From Planctomycetota bacterium (GTDB lineage Bacteria; Planctomycetota; GCA-002687715; CAIWVZ01), in the NCBI GenBank assembly GCA_044222185.1, contig JBGANV010000013.1, positions 1-64,000 on the forward strand: DNA of 64,000 bases. Reading direction: 5' to 3'. The notes beneath the pieces were generated by a model. It made no database searches, was not told the origin of the DNA, and saw nothing but the letters and a program-made list of their open reading frames with translations. A program made the translations under genes and the position numbers. Shown in pieces: positions 38,423-50,637 of this stretch (position 1 is its first letter; the number at the start of each line of letters is the position of its first letter).

Positions 38423-38730
38423 CTGCGCCGTGCCCGCGATGTGGGGCACAGGCGGCGGCGCTTCCCATCCACGATGTCGAGATCCTGCCGGCCTTCGATC
38501 CAAACCATCGGACGACGGGGCTCATCGGTTGGGCGCGGATCCTCATCGGCCCGTTCCGGATCGATGGACTCGCCGTAAGGCGGCGCCTCGACGGGCGGTG
38601 GATCGTGACGTGGCCGGCGCGGCGAGATGCAGCGGGGCGCATGCATCCGTCGGTCATCCCCATCGACGACGAGGTTCGGCGCCGGGTCGAGGATGTGGTG
38701 CTCACCGCCGCACGAAAGGCGGTCCCATGA
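38419..38730 (+). CDS. SpoVG-like nucleic-acid-binding protein
   Basis: GLIGWARILIG.FRIDGLAVRR..GRWIVTWPARR..SVIPIDDEVRRRVEDVVL. Confidence 0.65.
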   Translation: MTAPCPRCGAQAAALPIHDVEILPAFDPNHRTTGLIGWARILIGPFRIDGLAVRRRLDGRWIVTWPARRDAAGRMHPSVIPIDDEVRRRVEDVVLTAARKAVP

Positions 38731-38956
38731 TCGCACCTCGACATGAGGACTCGCAGAGAACCGAGCAGCGGAAAGGCCTCGTCGAGGTCCAGATCGTCCG
38801 GGGCTTGAGTACCCCGCATCCCTGCGCCTGGGACGCGCTCCGAATGTTCGCGCGCATCGCGGTTCGGGGTGCGCTCGAATCCTCGATTCGACTGGATCCA
38901 TCGGCCGCGTCACGGCTCAGTGTGTCGAGCAGCGACACGCTGACGGAGAAGACATC

Positions 38957-38960
<4 letters not shown>
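38727..38960 (+). CDS. 77-aa hypothetical protein coupled to the recombinase
   Basis: ATGA overlaps with the SpoVG-like gene and the LSR. Confidence 0.5.
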
Positions 38961-40890
<1,930 letters not shown>

Positions 40891-41067
40891 GTGAAGGTGT
40901 GGATGATAGGTGACCGTTGGGGTGATTCAACAGGCACGGGCGAAGTCGGCAGGCTGCGGATGCGTCGACCGAGAGCGTCCGGAGGCGGGCGCGAGCGAGG
41001 GAACGGCGGCGTCGGCTCGGCGAGTCTGGGCCCGTGTGGCGCTGGCGGAGCCCGGCGGCGACGCGGT

Positions 41068-43851
41068 TCACCAACCGCGCGAGGTCCAGGCGTTCACGAG
41101 GCGCTCGGCGCATTCCGCCCAGGACTCGCGCGGGGAGCCCACCTCGGGAATGGTCACGGAACGAAGTGCGGGATCGTCCTTCAGAATCCCGCGCAGGGCG
41201 AGGATTCGGCGCTCGGCCGCTCCAGCTGGGCCCATGCGCGCCACTCCGACGAGCCCATCGACGAGCCAGGGCGCGAGCGATGGACCCGCCCGTACGACTT
41301 CATTGACCTTCTCCTGAACCCCATCGCCACCGATGTCGTCCAGCGACCGGGCGAGCGCGCGCATCCGGTCGTCCTCGAGAATCAATGTGTCGAGAGCGCC
41401 CAGGTCGTTCTCGGGCAACGCCTTTTCTTGGCGCAGTTCGACGGCCAGCGAGCGGGCACGCGCGCGGTCCGTCGCGTGCGGCGAACGCAGCAGTGCCTCC
41501 GCCAGCCGCTGGCGGATGATCGGCAACTCGACCTTTCCCGGCAGGTCGAGCGCCTGGCGCATGTGTGCCACCCCGTCCTGCACCTTCCCGGTCGCAACCT
41601 CCGCCCTCGCAAGCAGGAAGCTCAAGTCGCGGTCCGTCGCGCGGGCCGGCAGACCTTCGACGAACGTCCGAGCCGCCGCCGCGTCCCCGGCCTCGATCAG
41701 GTTCAGCGCGAGACGCCTCTCGACGTCGCGCCGCTCGTCCGGCGTCATGACGGCACCGTCGCTGGAGAGCGCGAGTCTCAAGTCCGCCGCAGCCTCCCGA
41801 CGTCGGTTGAGCACTTCACGAATTCCAGCGCGGAGCACCAGCAGTCGTCCGTCCTGCGGTTTCGCGGCGAGTTCTGCGCTGACGATCTCGTGCGCCTGTT
41901 TGAGCGACTCCGGCGTCCGATCGGAGAACAGCGCCCTTGCCAGCAGCGTCCGGCATTCCGGCAGCCGTGCGCGCTGGCTGGGACTCGCGCTGGCGCCCGA
42001 AAGGAACTCGATGACCGCCCGCAACAACACGACCGCCGGCGCGGGACGATTGGCGGCAACGAGTGCGGCCGCCCGGGTCTCGAGAACCTCGGGCGTCGCC
42101 GACGCAAGCTTCGTGAGCAATTCCGCCAGCTCGCGTGACGTCTCCACACTCGCCTCGAGATCGAGCCACCTGGCGACGATGTCGCCGACGATCGGGCGCT
42201 TGATGGCCTGAAGGTCCGCGACGAGGCTCGCCCTCGCCTCGGTCGAGGTGGCGACGACGGGCAACGCAGCTCCGACCGCCGCGACGACCTCCGCCGCACG
42301 TGCCGGTGCGAGGTCGACGGCGCCGACGGCCTGGATCAATCCGCGCACGGCCGGCTCACGCGCAGCGCCCGGCTTTGCCGCGACCTCGAGGAGGGCGCCG
42401 AGCGCGTCATCCGCGGTGCTCTGCAACGCGACGAGCGCGCGCACCATCGCAAGCTGGGGATCTGCCTTCTGCTCGGCCCTGAGGGCCCTCGCGAGTGCAG
42501 CCGCCGCGCTGGCCTGTCGTCCGTACTGGAGCACGCGGGCCGCGTTGCTCCGCACGTCCGGCGACGGGTCCGAGAGCGCGGCGATGATCGTCCCGAGCCC
42601 GCAGTTCAGGCGGTAGAGCGACGTCACGACTTGTGCGCGGACTCCGACGGCCTCGAGCTCGTTCCCGACGGGCGATCTGAATACGGCCTCGATCGCTTCG
42701 CAGTCCTTCTCCGATCCGACCTGCGCCAGCGCCTTCAACGCCGCAGTGACGACCGTGGCGCTGGTGTCCGTCAACCGCGCCACGAGTACGGGAGCAACCT
42801 CGGGCTTCATCTCCGGCTTCGCTTGCGCCAGCTCGCCCAGACTCTCGATCATCACTCCGAGCGTTTCGAAGTCCTTCTCGTCCTTCAGCGCTTCGACGAG
42901 CACCTTGATCGCGGACTTGACGACCTCGAGGTCGGCATCGCGCAGCTCGCGGCATTGCCGCGCTGCATAACGCCGAACCTCCGGCTCCGGATACCGCCCG
43001 ACGTCGAAGTAGTCCTTGGGGACCTGCTTCGCGACGATGGCCGCGTTGACGTTCTTCTTGACCTCGCGGACGAACCGCTGGTCGCGCTCGGCAATCGCGG
43101 ATCCGTACAGGTCGCGCTCCGTGAATCCGTCCGGGTGTTCCTGGACGAGTCGGTCGTACCACTGCTGCCAGGACTGCTGCTGAACGAAATCCTGGAAGGT
43201 GATTCGCTGCAGCGTCTGGAGGATGTCGCTCGCGACGCCAGCGTGGGGCTTGCTCTGCAAAAGGCGGATCAACGACTTGCTCGCCTGCATGCGCTCGGCA
43301 GGCGTGTCGACCACCTCGGCGAGGAGCCGGAGCGAAACCGCACTCGGTGCCCCACCCGGGGGATTCTCGATGGCGTTCACCATCACCTCGAGCATGGAGT
43401 CCTGTTGGTCGAACGCCTTGAAGCGTTCGGTCAGGTACCGGTCGCGCGCGGAGTCGGTCGCGCGGTACATCGGGATCAAGACTGGCAGGATCGAGCGATC
43501 ACGCTCGAACTCGAACGTCTCGACGATCCCGGCAAACGTGTGCTCGGGCAGGCTCTTCTCGGCGACCACTTCCAACAGCTTCGCGCGCGCGGCGGGCCCG
43601 ACAGAATAGAGGTCTTTCGCCTGGAGCGCGGCGCTGGCGGAGGTAGGAGCTGCGCGCAGGCTCTTCAGCCCGCGGGCGAGGGCCTCGTTCGCGCGAGTGG
43701 TGAGCTCACGGGACTCGGGGCGAGTCGTCGGAGCGGAGGTAGTCGATGAGACCGGCCCGGGGAGTTGGACGGATACCGCAGCGGCAAGCCGCACGCTGGC
43801 GCCCGCCCAGACGAGCAGGACAACGATGAGTATCCGAGGGTATCCCCGCAC
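41068..43851 (-). CDS. Exported HEAT/TPR-repeat protein
   Basis: Signal-like N-terminus; ALSDPSPDVRSNAARVL HEAT repeats; start inferred. Confidence 0.8.
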   Translation of the reverse strand: MRGYPRILIVVLLVWAGASVRLAAAVSVQLPGPVSSTTSAPTTRPESRELTTRANEALARGLKSLRAAPTSASAALQAKDLYSVGPAARAKLLEVVAEKSLPEHTFAGIVETFEFERDRSILPVLIPMYRATDSARDRYLTERFKAFDQQDSMLEVMVNAIENPPGGAPSAVSLRLLAEVVDTPAERMQASKSLIRLLQSKPHAGVASDILQTLQRITFQDFVQQQSWQQWYDRLVQEHPDGFTERDLYGSAIAERDQRFVREVKKNVNAAIVAKQVPKDYFDVGRYPEPEVRRYAARQCRELRDADLEVVKSAIKVLVEALKDEKDFETLGVMIESLGELAQAKPEMKPEVAPVLVARLTDTSATVVTAALKALAQVGSEKDCEAIEAVFRSPVGNELEAVGVRAQVVTSLYRLNCGLGTIIAALSDPSPDVRSNAARVLQYGRQASAAAALARALRAEQKADPQLAMVRALVALQSTADDALGALLEVAAKPGAAREPAVRGLIQAVGAVDLAPARAAEVVAAVGAALPVVATSTEARASLVADLQAIKRPIVGDIVARWLDLEASVETSRELAELLTKLASATPEVLETRAAALVAANRPAPAVVLLRAVIEFLSGASASPSQRARLPECRTLLARALFSDRTPESLKQAHEIVSAELAAKPQDGRLLVLRAGIREVLNRRREAAADLRLALSSDGAVMTPDERRDVERRLALNLIEAGDAAAARTFVEGLPARATDRDLSFLLARAEVATGKVQDGVAHMRQALDLPGKVELPIIRQRLAEALLRSPHATDRARARSLAVELRQEKALPENDLGALDTLILEDDRMRALARSLDDIGGDGVQEKVNEVVRAGPSLAPWLVDGLVGVARMGPAGAAERRILALRGILKDDPALRSVTIPEVGSPRESWAECAERLVNAWTSRGW

Positions 43852-43942
43852 GATGGCCTCAAGCTCAGATGCGCTCCACCGACATCGAGTGTCAGACGGG
43901 CCGCATGGTACCACGCTCCAACAACCGGTCGCGGCGTGTTGA

Positions 43943-44482
43943 TTACGCAACGACGTGCGGAACGCTCCCCAACCGATCCACGATCGACCGTGCGACCTGC
44001 TCGACTTCACCCGACCCGTCGACCAGGACGTGGCACGTCGCGCGGTACAGCGCGTCTCGATCGGCGAATTGGATGAACGCCTCGGTGCACGGATCCCCAC
44101 CGACGAGAATCGGGCGGTCGGACTCACCGGTCATCTCGGCCCGGTGCGCGAGCGTCCACGGATCGCACCGCAGGTAGACGACCTGAGTGCATCGGCGCAG
44201 CCACTCGGCATTCGCGGGCAACAGGATCGTGCCGCCGCCCGTCGCGATGATCTGGGACGGGCCCGTCAGAACGCTGCGAAGCGCGCGCCCTTCGGCTGCG
44301 CGAAACGCGTCGATGCCACGGGCGCCGATCCACTCCGCCGGCGTCGACCCCGTCTCGTTCGCGATGGCCACGTCCAGGTCCGCGAAGCTCCGCCCCAGGA
44401 TCGCGGCCAGCCTCTGGCCGACCGTCGTCTTGCCCGCCCGCCGCGGTCCGATCAGGGCGATGCGATCCGCTGGTACGCCCAT
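43943..44482 (-). CDS. aroK: Shikimate kinase
   Basis: GPRRAGKTT, DLD, FRAAE, ATGGG and RPIL. Confidence 0.93.
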   Translation of the reverse strand: MGVPADRIALIGPRRAGKTTVGQRLAAILGRSFADLDVAIANETGSTPAEWIGARGIDAFRAAEGRALRSVLTGPSQIIATGGGTILLPANAEWLRRCTQVVYLRCDPWTLAHRAEMTGESDRPILVGGDPCTEAFIQFADRDALYRATCHVLVDGSGEVEQVARSIVDRLGSVPHVVA

Positions 44483-45960
44483 GAGAGCGCTCCCGTCAGG
44501 CGATTCTCCACCTCAGCGAGCCCGCCCCAGAAAAAGTGCAGCTGCGCCGCCGCCTGCGCGAGGTACATCTCGTCCCCGCCGATGACGGTGAGGCCGGCGG
44601 CGGCGGCCTCCCGCATGAGGGGCGTTTCCCGCGGCCGGTAGTTCGTTTCGAAGACGATGCCATCAGGCTTCACCCAGGAGATGTCCACGGCACGACCCGA
44701 GGGATCGCGGAGGCTGCCGGCCGGTGTGGCGTTCAGCACGAGATCGAACGCCCGCCCGCCGACGACGGGCCGCGCGACGGCCGGCACCCCCACGAGCTGC
44801 GCCGCAGCCTCGGCCTTCGCCGGGGTTCGGCCAAAAAAGGCCACATCCATTCCGACGGAACGGAGGCCGATGGCAGCTGCCCGACCGGCGCCACCCACGC
44901 CGACGACGAGCGCCTTCATCTTCGATGGGTCACGTCCGCCGGCGTGGAGTCGCTTGCGGACCGGAACCGTGACGCCGTCCACGTCCGTGTTGTAGGCCGT
45001 CCATTTCCCATTCTCGAATACGAGCGTGTTCGCGGCGCCAGCCGACCGCACCCGGGGGTGGATCGCCTCCGCGAACGGCAGGATCGCTTCCTTGAACGGC
45101 GTCGTGACCGACAACCCTCGGATTCCGAGGATGCGGATCACCTCGCGAAGTCCGACGAGCGTCGGCGTGGTGAGCGGGATGTAGGTCGCCGGCAGGCCCA
45201 GGCCTCGGAAGACGCGGTTGAAGACGAGCGGACCCAGGCTCGACGCAGCTTGATCACCCAGCACGCCGAACGTGGCGACGGGCGGCGGGACGTCCGGACC
45301 GCCTCGGTACAGATCGACCAGGTCCTCGAGCGTCGGCACGTTGGCGGCCAGGAGCTCCGGCGCGGCCTTGCCGCCCGGCGGGGCGTATGCCGCGAAGATC
45401 CAAGGACTCCCGAAGCGGTCGAACAGCCATCGCGACGGGATGCCGACCGATCCGAGCCCGATCGCGGTCACACGACCCGCCTCGATGCGCGTCACGCCGG
45501 AGAGCGCCACGAGATCCAGCAGCGTCCGCGCCCGTGCCGCGATCTTGACCATGGCGATCTCCGGCGCCAGCAGTTGCCGCACCAGCCCAGGAAGGTCCGA
45601 CGGAACGGCCTCGAAGTCGTGCAACGAGACGATCCGCCGTACGTGCGGCGGCGTAGTCACCGAATGGCGGCACTCGAGCTCGGTATCGACCCAGGTCGCC
45701 CCCGCCTCCGCCGCTTTTCGCAGCAGCTCGAAGCGCTCGTCCTCGGTTCCGCGGTAGCGGCCACCGTCCCGCGGACGTCTGCAGGTTGCGATGGTCTCGA
45801 TCGGGGCGTGCGCAAAGACGCTGACGTCTGGCGGAGTCATGAAGTCCAGACGAATCTCCGCCGCAACGGCGCCGCGGCGGAATCCCGGCCTGGCCGCCAG
45901 GGCTGCGAGGTCGCGGCGGACGTCGTCCGCCGTCCCGCCGGGCAAGACGGCGACGATCAT
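44452..45960 (-). CDS. aroDE: Type I 3-dehydroquinate dehydratase / shikimate dehydrogenase fusion
   Basis: EIRLD, SLHDF and VKIA; SVTTPFKE, GAANTL, NTDVDG, GVGGAG and NATPAG. Confidence 0.92.
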   Translation of the reverse strand: MIVAVLPGGTADDVRRDLAALAARPGFRRGAVAAEIRLDFMTPPDVSVFAHAPIETIATCRRPRDGGRYRGTEDERFELLRKAAEAGATWVDTELECRHSVTTPPHVRRIVSLHDFEAVPSDLPGLVRQLLAPEIAMVKIAARARTLLDLVALSGVTRIEAGRVTAIGLGSVGIPSRWLFDRFGSPWIFAAYAPPGGKAAPELLAANVPTLEDLVDLYRGGPDVPPPVATFGVLGDQAASSLGPLVFNRVFRGLGLPATYIPLTTPTLVGLREVIRILGIRGLSVTTPFKEAILPFAEAIHPRVRSAGAANTLVFENGKWTAYNTDVDGVTVPVRKRLHAGGRDPSKMKALVVGVGGAGRAAAIGLRSVGMDVAFFGRTPAKAEAAAQLVGVPAVARPVVGGRAFDLVLNATPAGSLRDPSGRAVDISWVKPDGIVFETNYRPRETPLMREAAAAGLTVIGGDEMYLAQAAAQLHFFWGGLAEVENRLTGALSWAYQRIASP

Positions 45961-46844
45961 CGAAGGTGCTCCCGGAGGTAGGCCGCAACGGCGGCCGAAC
46001 GATCGCCGTCGGGCCGGGTCGCGGCGAGCCGCGCCAGGGCCTCCGACACGACGGAATACAGGCGGACGTCATCCAGCGAAAGGCGCGCGAACGCCTCGAC
46101 GTGCCGGCGCACGACGGCTTCATCTCCGCGGACGACCGGCCCCGTCAGCGCACTCGCCGCGCCATCCCGCGCCGCATTGCCCAAGGCTCCCTGTGCCAAC
46201 GCCACCAACGCGCCCCGCGCGACGGAGGATGGAACTCCTGCCCCGAGCAACGCACGCTCGGCCGCGTCGATCACGGCCAGGATCCCGTTGCCGGCAAGGG
46301 CGGCGCCGGCGTGATAAAGGTCTCGATGTTCGGCGCCCAACTCGAAGGGAGCGCCGCCCACGCTGCGCACGAGGCGAAACAGCCTGTCGCGGTCCGCCGC
46401 ATCGCACTCGATCGCACACGCGGCACCGGCGAGATCGGTCAACCCTGGGTCGCGTGCCGGGAATGACCGCATGGGATGGAGGGCAGCCGTGTGGCACCCC
46501 CGGACGCGGAGTGGGTCGAGCGCGTTCCTCCCCCGGCTCCCACAAAGGTGGACGACGAGCGGCGCAGGATCGCCGCCATGCGGGGCCGCCGAGCATTCCG
46601 CCACGACTGAGTCGAGACGGTCATCGGGGACGGCGATGATGGCGAGCGTCGCGCCGACGCATGCCCGATCGTGGGGCCTCGACTCGATGGGGCCAAGCAC
46701 GAGCTGAGCGGCCCTCCGACTCGCCTCCGACCCTCCTACGAGCGTCAAGGCCACGTGCCCCAGCCGCTGCCAGAGCCGGACCATGGAACATCCGGCCCGG
46801 CCCGGTCCGACGAGCGCGATGGTCTCAGCTGGCGGGTGCTTCAT
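45957..46844 (-). CDS. Rossmann-like plus DUF2520 protein (PanG-like)
   Basis: GPGRAG, AVPDD, LHPMRSF, LYHAGAALAGN and ALTGPVVRGD. Confidence 0.88.
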   Translation of the reverse strand: MKHPPAETIALVGPGRAGCSMVRLWQRLGHVALTLVGGSEASRRAAQLVLGPIESRPHDRACVGATLAIIAVPDDRLDSVVAECSAAPHGGDPAPLVVHLCGSRGRNALDPLRVRGCHTAALHPMRSFPARDPGLTDLAGAACAIECDAADRDRLFRLVRSVGGAPFELGAEHRDLYHAGAALAGNGILAVIDAAERALLGAGVPSSVARGALVALAQGALGNAARDGAASALTGPVVRGDEAVVRRHVEAFARLSLDDVRLYSVVSEALARLAATRPDGDRSAAVAAYLREHLR

Positions 46845-46862
46845 GGAAACGAGCGGTTGCGG

Positions 46863-47741
46863 TCAATGCGCCCCCGACTGGCGGTAGGAGGCCGTGCGTC
46901 GGACTTCCAGCGTCGGGTCGGCGGTGACGAGCGTGTCGTGCAGGCGACGGGCATCGTATTGCGACGAGCACAGGAAGTAGAAGGACCCACCACTCCCCGA
47001 AAGCACGGGAGGCCGGCCGGCGAGCGTCGTCAGGCGTTGACGGCGCTCCGCGAGAGGCGGATAGGCCCTCTCCGCCGCGGCGGCAAGCCGGTTGAAAGGG
47101 CGATGCTCGACCCCCCCGACGGCGAGCGTCGCGCCGGTTTCCAGGGCGCGCAGGAGCGGCGTGACGTCGCGAGGGGAGGTCACCGGTTCGAGGACGCGGT
47201 AGACGGCCCCGGTGTTGCACGCCACGTTCGGCAGGACGAGGACGACGTGTCGCACGCCCTTGTGGGGCAGCGCCTCGACGATTTCCCCCCGCCCGGAGCA
47301 TCTGGCCAGTCCGCCGGCCACGAAGAATGCCGTGTCGCTGCCCACCGTGGCCGCGATGCGGATCCTCGTGGCCAGGTCGATCCTCAGCCCGTGGAGCTGG
47401 AGGACGAGATCCAACGCGCAGGCGGCGTCGCTGCTTCCGGCGCCGAGTCCGGACCCGGGGGGCAGCTCCTTCTCGATGTGGATTCGAGCCGGAAGCGGCC
47501 GTCCCAGTTCGATCTCGGCTGCGCGGACGATCCGCCACGCCAGGTTGTCCGGCCCGTTCGGGACGTCGGGCCGATCCGCCGTCACGACGAGGTCGGGCGA
47601 CGGGCTCGCGACGAGGCGATCCCCGATCGCAATCGTCTCCATCACCGTGACGAGTTCATGGAATCCGTCCGGCCGCTTCCCAAGGATTTCGAGGAAGAGG
47701 TTGATCTTCGCGGGCGCGAAACCGGTGAGGGTCGTCTCCAC
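46863..47741 (-). CDS. ispE: 4-diphosphocytidyl-2-C-methyl-D-erythritol kinase
   Basis: APAKINLFL, GFHEL, GLGAGSSDAA, GSD and LSGSG. Confidence 0.95.
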   Translation of the reverse strand: METTLTGFAPAKINLFLEILGKRPDGFHELVTVMETIAIGDRLVASPSPDLVVTADRPDVPNGPDNLAWRIVRAAEIELGRPLPARIHIEKELPPGSGLGAGSSDAACALDLVLQLHGLRIDLATRIRIAATVGSDTAFFVAGGLARCSGRGEIVEALPHKGVRHVVLVLPNVACNTGAVYRVLEPVTSPRDVTPLLRALETGATLAVGGVEHRPFNRLAAAAERAYPPLAERRQRLTTLAGRPPVLSGSGGSFYFLCSSQYDARRLHDTLVTADPTLEVRRTASYRQSGAH

Positions 47742-47834
47742 GTCCGATGAATAACCGCACGTTCAATGGCCGACCAGACAGAGTGCGGCGACGGAAGCCG
47801 GCCAACGGTTCGCGGTTAGACTCTCCGAGCGGTC

Positions 47835-48518
47835 ATGGTGACGAGTCAGAAGATCATCGCGGTGATCCCCGCGTTCAACGAGGAACGGGCCATCGGACCG
47901 GTGATTGCCGGCCTTCGCGGGCATGTTTCCGAGGTGATCGTCGTCGACGATGGATCACGGGACGGAACGGCAGCCGCCGCGCGTGCAGCCGGGGCGACGA
48001 CACTGGCCCACGCGATCAACCGCGGGCAGGGTGCGGGTCTGGCGACCGGCATCCGGGCCGCGCTCGAATCGGGCGCGGACCTGATCGTCACGTTCGACGC
48101 CGACGGCCAGCATCAGCCCTCCGACATCGCGAGGCTCGTCGCACCGGTGGTCGCCGGAGACGCCGACGTGGCGCTCGGCTCCCGGTTCCTCGAGCCGGGG
48201 TCGAACGTGCCGCCCCTCCGGCGGCTCGTGCTCAAGCTCGCCATCTGGTTCACGTTCCTCACGACCGGGTTGCGGCTCACTGATGCCCACAACGGCATGA
48301 GAGCCCTCTCCCGCACCGCGGCATCGAAGATCCGCATCCGGCAGGATCGCATGGCGCACGCATCGGAGATCATCGGAGAGATCAAACGGCACGGCTTGCG
48401 GGTGCGCGAGGTGCCCATCACCGTCCGCTACACCGAGTACTCCCGCGCCAAGGGCCAAAGCGCATTCGGCGCCCTGCGAATCCTCATGGACCTCTGGGTC
48501 GGAAGGGGCGTGCGATGA
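47835..48518 (+). CDS. GT2 polyprenol-phosphate glycosyltransferase
   Basis: IPAFNEE, VDDGSRDGT, FDADGQH and GSRF. Confidence 0.93.
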   Translation: MVTSQKIIAVIPAFNEERAIGPVIAGLRGHVSEVIVVDDGSRDGTAAAARAAGATTLAHAINRGQGAGLATGIRAALESGADLIVTFDADGQHQPSDIARLVAPVVAGDADVALGSRFLEPGSNVPPLRRLVLKLAIWFTFLTTGLRLTDAHNGMRALSRTAASKIRIRQDRMAHASEIIGEIKRHGLRVREVPITVRYTEYSRAKGQSAFGALRILMDLWVGRGVR

Positions 48519-48871
48519 ACTCCCAGTTCCTCGTTCAGATGATCCTCACGCTCGTCATCACGGCCGTGATGATCTACGTGGCGATGCGGTGGCGCAGGGG
48601 TGAGATCACGGCGTTCCAACTGGCGGTCTGGGAGCTGTTCTGGGGTGCGGGAGTCCTCTTCGTCCTCTTCCCCGATTCCGCCACGAAGATCGCGAACCAG
48701 GTCGGTGTGGGCCGCGGTGCGGACCTCATCCTGTACGTATCGATCGTCACGCTCTTCTATGGCCTCTTCCGACTGATCGTGAAGATCGAACGCCTGAACC
48801 GGGACCTGACCGAACTGGTGCGGCAGAAGGCTCTCGAGGATCATCGCCGCGAGCGAAATCGAAGTTCATGA
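48515..48871 (+). CDS. DUF2304 membrane protein
   Basis: GVGRGADLILY..IERLNRDLTELVR; typical GT2 neighbour. Confidence 0.85.
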   Translation: MNSQFLVQMILTLVITAVMIYVAMRWRRGEITAFQLAVWELFWGAGVLFVLFPDSATKIANQVGVGRGADLILYVSIVTLFYGLFRLIVKIERLNRDLTELVRQKALEDHRRERNRSS

Positions 48872-50622
48872 CCGACCTCTTGCCCCTCTCGCGCGAGCCC
48901 GGCGATCCGTCGCCGGCCGCAATGCCCACGCCACCGGAGCCCCCTGGTTCAGCCACGGCCACGACATCGCCCGCGGCTCGACCCGCAATCGACGCGAGAC
49001 CGCTCGTTGGGCCCGCGCTTCCCCGCAAGTGGCTACTCATCGCACTCGTGACGGCGGCGGCGGTTCGCATTCCCGGCGTCTTCTGGGGCGACAACTTCCC
49101 CGGTGCGTTCCGCGGTCACCACGTCGACGAATGGACGCACGTGGTCAACTCGGAGTTGCTCGTCGATCCGCAGACGCCACCGCGCTGGCATCCGAACCCC
49201 TATCCGAAGGGCATGGCCGCCCACGTTGCCATCCCCGTACTGATCGGACGCGTGGTCACGGGGCAGCCGCTGACGAAACCCACCTCGATGGAACTGCGCG
49301 ACCGTTACGCGCCATCGGAGCGCACGCTGCTCTTCATCGGGCGCGGCGTGAACGTCGTTTATGGGACGCTGACCGTTCTGATCGTGTGGCTGCTCGCGCG
49401 ACGCCTCCTCCGACGCGAGGATGTGGCTCTCGTGGCCGCATGGTTCGCAGCACTCGGCGGGTTGCACGTCTCCCAGAGCCACTTCTTCCTCGCCGACGTG
49501 GGAGCGATTTTCTGGTTTCTCTTGGCCACATGGCTCCTGCTGCGAGATCTCGACGAGGCTGGTCGCCATCCCCTCGCATATGCGTTGGCGGCGGCTGCCA
49601 TGGGGGCATCGGTCGGGATGAAGCTCTACGTCGTCGGGTTGCCTGCGCTCGGACTCGCCGCGCTGATGCGGGGCCCGCGCTTGACCAGACTCGTGCAAGG
49701 GGCGGCGTTCTTCCTCGCGGCCTTCGTCGGGGTCAACCTCCTCTCCTATACACCGGCGGACATCCTCAAGACGATGACGGCCGGCATCACGGGCAAGGAC
49801 CTGCTGGATCCGTCAGGATTCCCGCGGATCTACGGGCTCGAGCTCCTCGCGTCCATCGGTGCTCCCGTCGCGTTGCTCGCGCTCGGTGGGGTCGGCATCG
49901 CGCTGATCACGGCGTTGCGCTCTCTGACGTCGCGCCTCGCCGTCAACGTGCTCCTGTGCATCGCGCTGCCCGCGTGCCTTCATGCCGGGATGTTGTTCTT
50001 CAAATTGCCCGGTCTGGGTCGATTCGACCCGTTCCCGCGTCACCTGCTGCCGCTGTTTCCGTGGCTTTGGATCCTCGCGGCCTGGGCGATCGGCGTGATC
50101 GCGCGGCAGGCGAAGGCCGAGGGGAGAGGAATCCTCTGGCTCGCCGTGCCTGTCCTGCTCTGGCAGGCTGGGCTCGTCGTCGACGGCGAGAAGGGATACG
50201 TGATAGAGCCTCGGAACGAAGCCATGCGCTGGTTGAGCGCCAACGCGGTCAAGGGGTCGACGCTCTATTGGCCCGCATATGAGAAGGACGAGACCACGCG
50301 CCTCGGGCTCGTCGCGGGGAAGTTCTTCCACGAGGGCGGCAAGCCGGACACGATCGTCGCCGAGATGTACCGCGTGAACCACTTCCTCTCGGGTACGGGG
50401 CCGCGCGAGAGCTACCCGCGCGACTACCGGCGCGTGTTCGACGGGCAGTCGCAACAACTCCTCGACGCGTGGCAGGCGCTCTTCCGCGGGCAGGCGGGCT
50501 ATCGACGCGTGACGACGTTCAGCGAGAACTACTGGATGCCGGAGTTTCGGCTTGCGGACCGCCTGCTCGGCAATCGGTCGCGGAATTACCTGACCGAGCT
50601 CGTGATCTTCAAGTCCGGCTGA
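48868..50622 (+). CDS. GT-C (ArnT/PMT-like) membrane glycosyltransferase
   Basis: HVDE loop after TM1; multiple TMs; GRGVNVVYG. Confidence 0.82.
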   Translation: MTDLLPLSREPGDPSPAAMPTPPEPPGSATATTSPAARPAIDARPLVGPALPRKWLLIALVTAAAVRIPGVFWGDNFPGAFRGHHVDEWTHVVNSELLVDPQTPPRWHPNPYPKGMAAHVAIPVLIGRVVTGQPLTKPTSMELRDRYAPSERTLLFIGRGVNVVYGTLTVLIVWLLARRLLRREDVALVAAWFAALGGLHVSQSHFFLADVGAIFWFLLATWLLLRDLDEAGRHPLAYALAAAAMGASVGMKLYVVGLPALGLAALMRGPRLTRLVQGAAFFLAAFVGVNLLSYTPADILKTMTAGITGKDLLDPSGFPRIYGLELLASIGAPVALLALGGVGIALITALRSLTSRLAVNVLLCIALPACLHAGMLFFKLPGLGRFDPFPRHLLPLFPWLWILAAWAIGVIARQAKAEGRGILWLAVPVLLWQAGLVVDGEKGYVIEPRNEAMRWLSANAVKGSTLYWPAYEKDETTRLGLVAGKFFHEGGKPDTIVAEMYRVNHFLSGTGPRESYPRDYRRVFDGQSQQLLDAWQALFRGQAGYRRVTTFSENYWMPEFRLADRLLGNRSRNYLTELVIFKSG

Positions 50623-50637
50623 CGGGGGCCTCGGTGA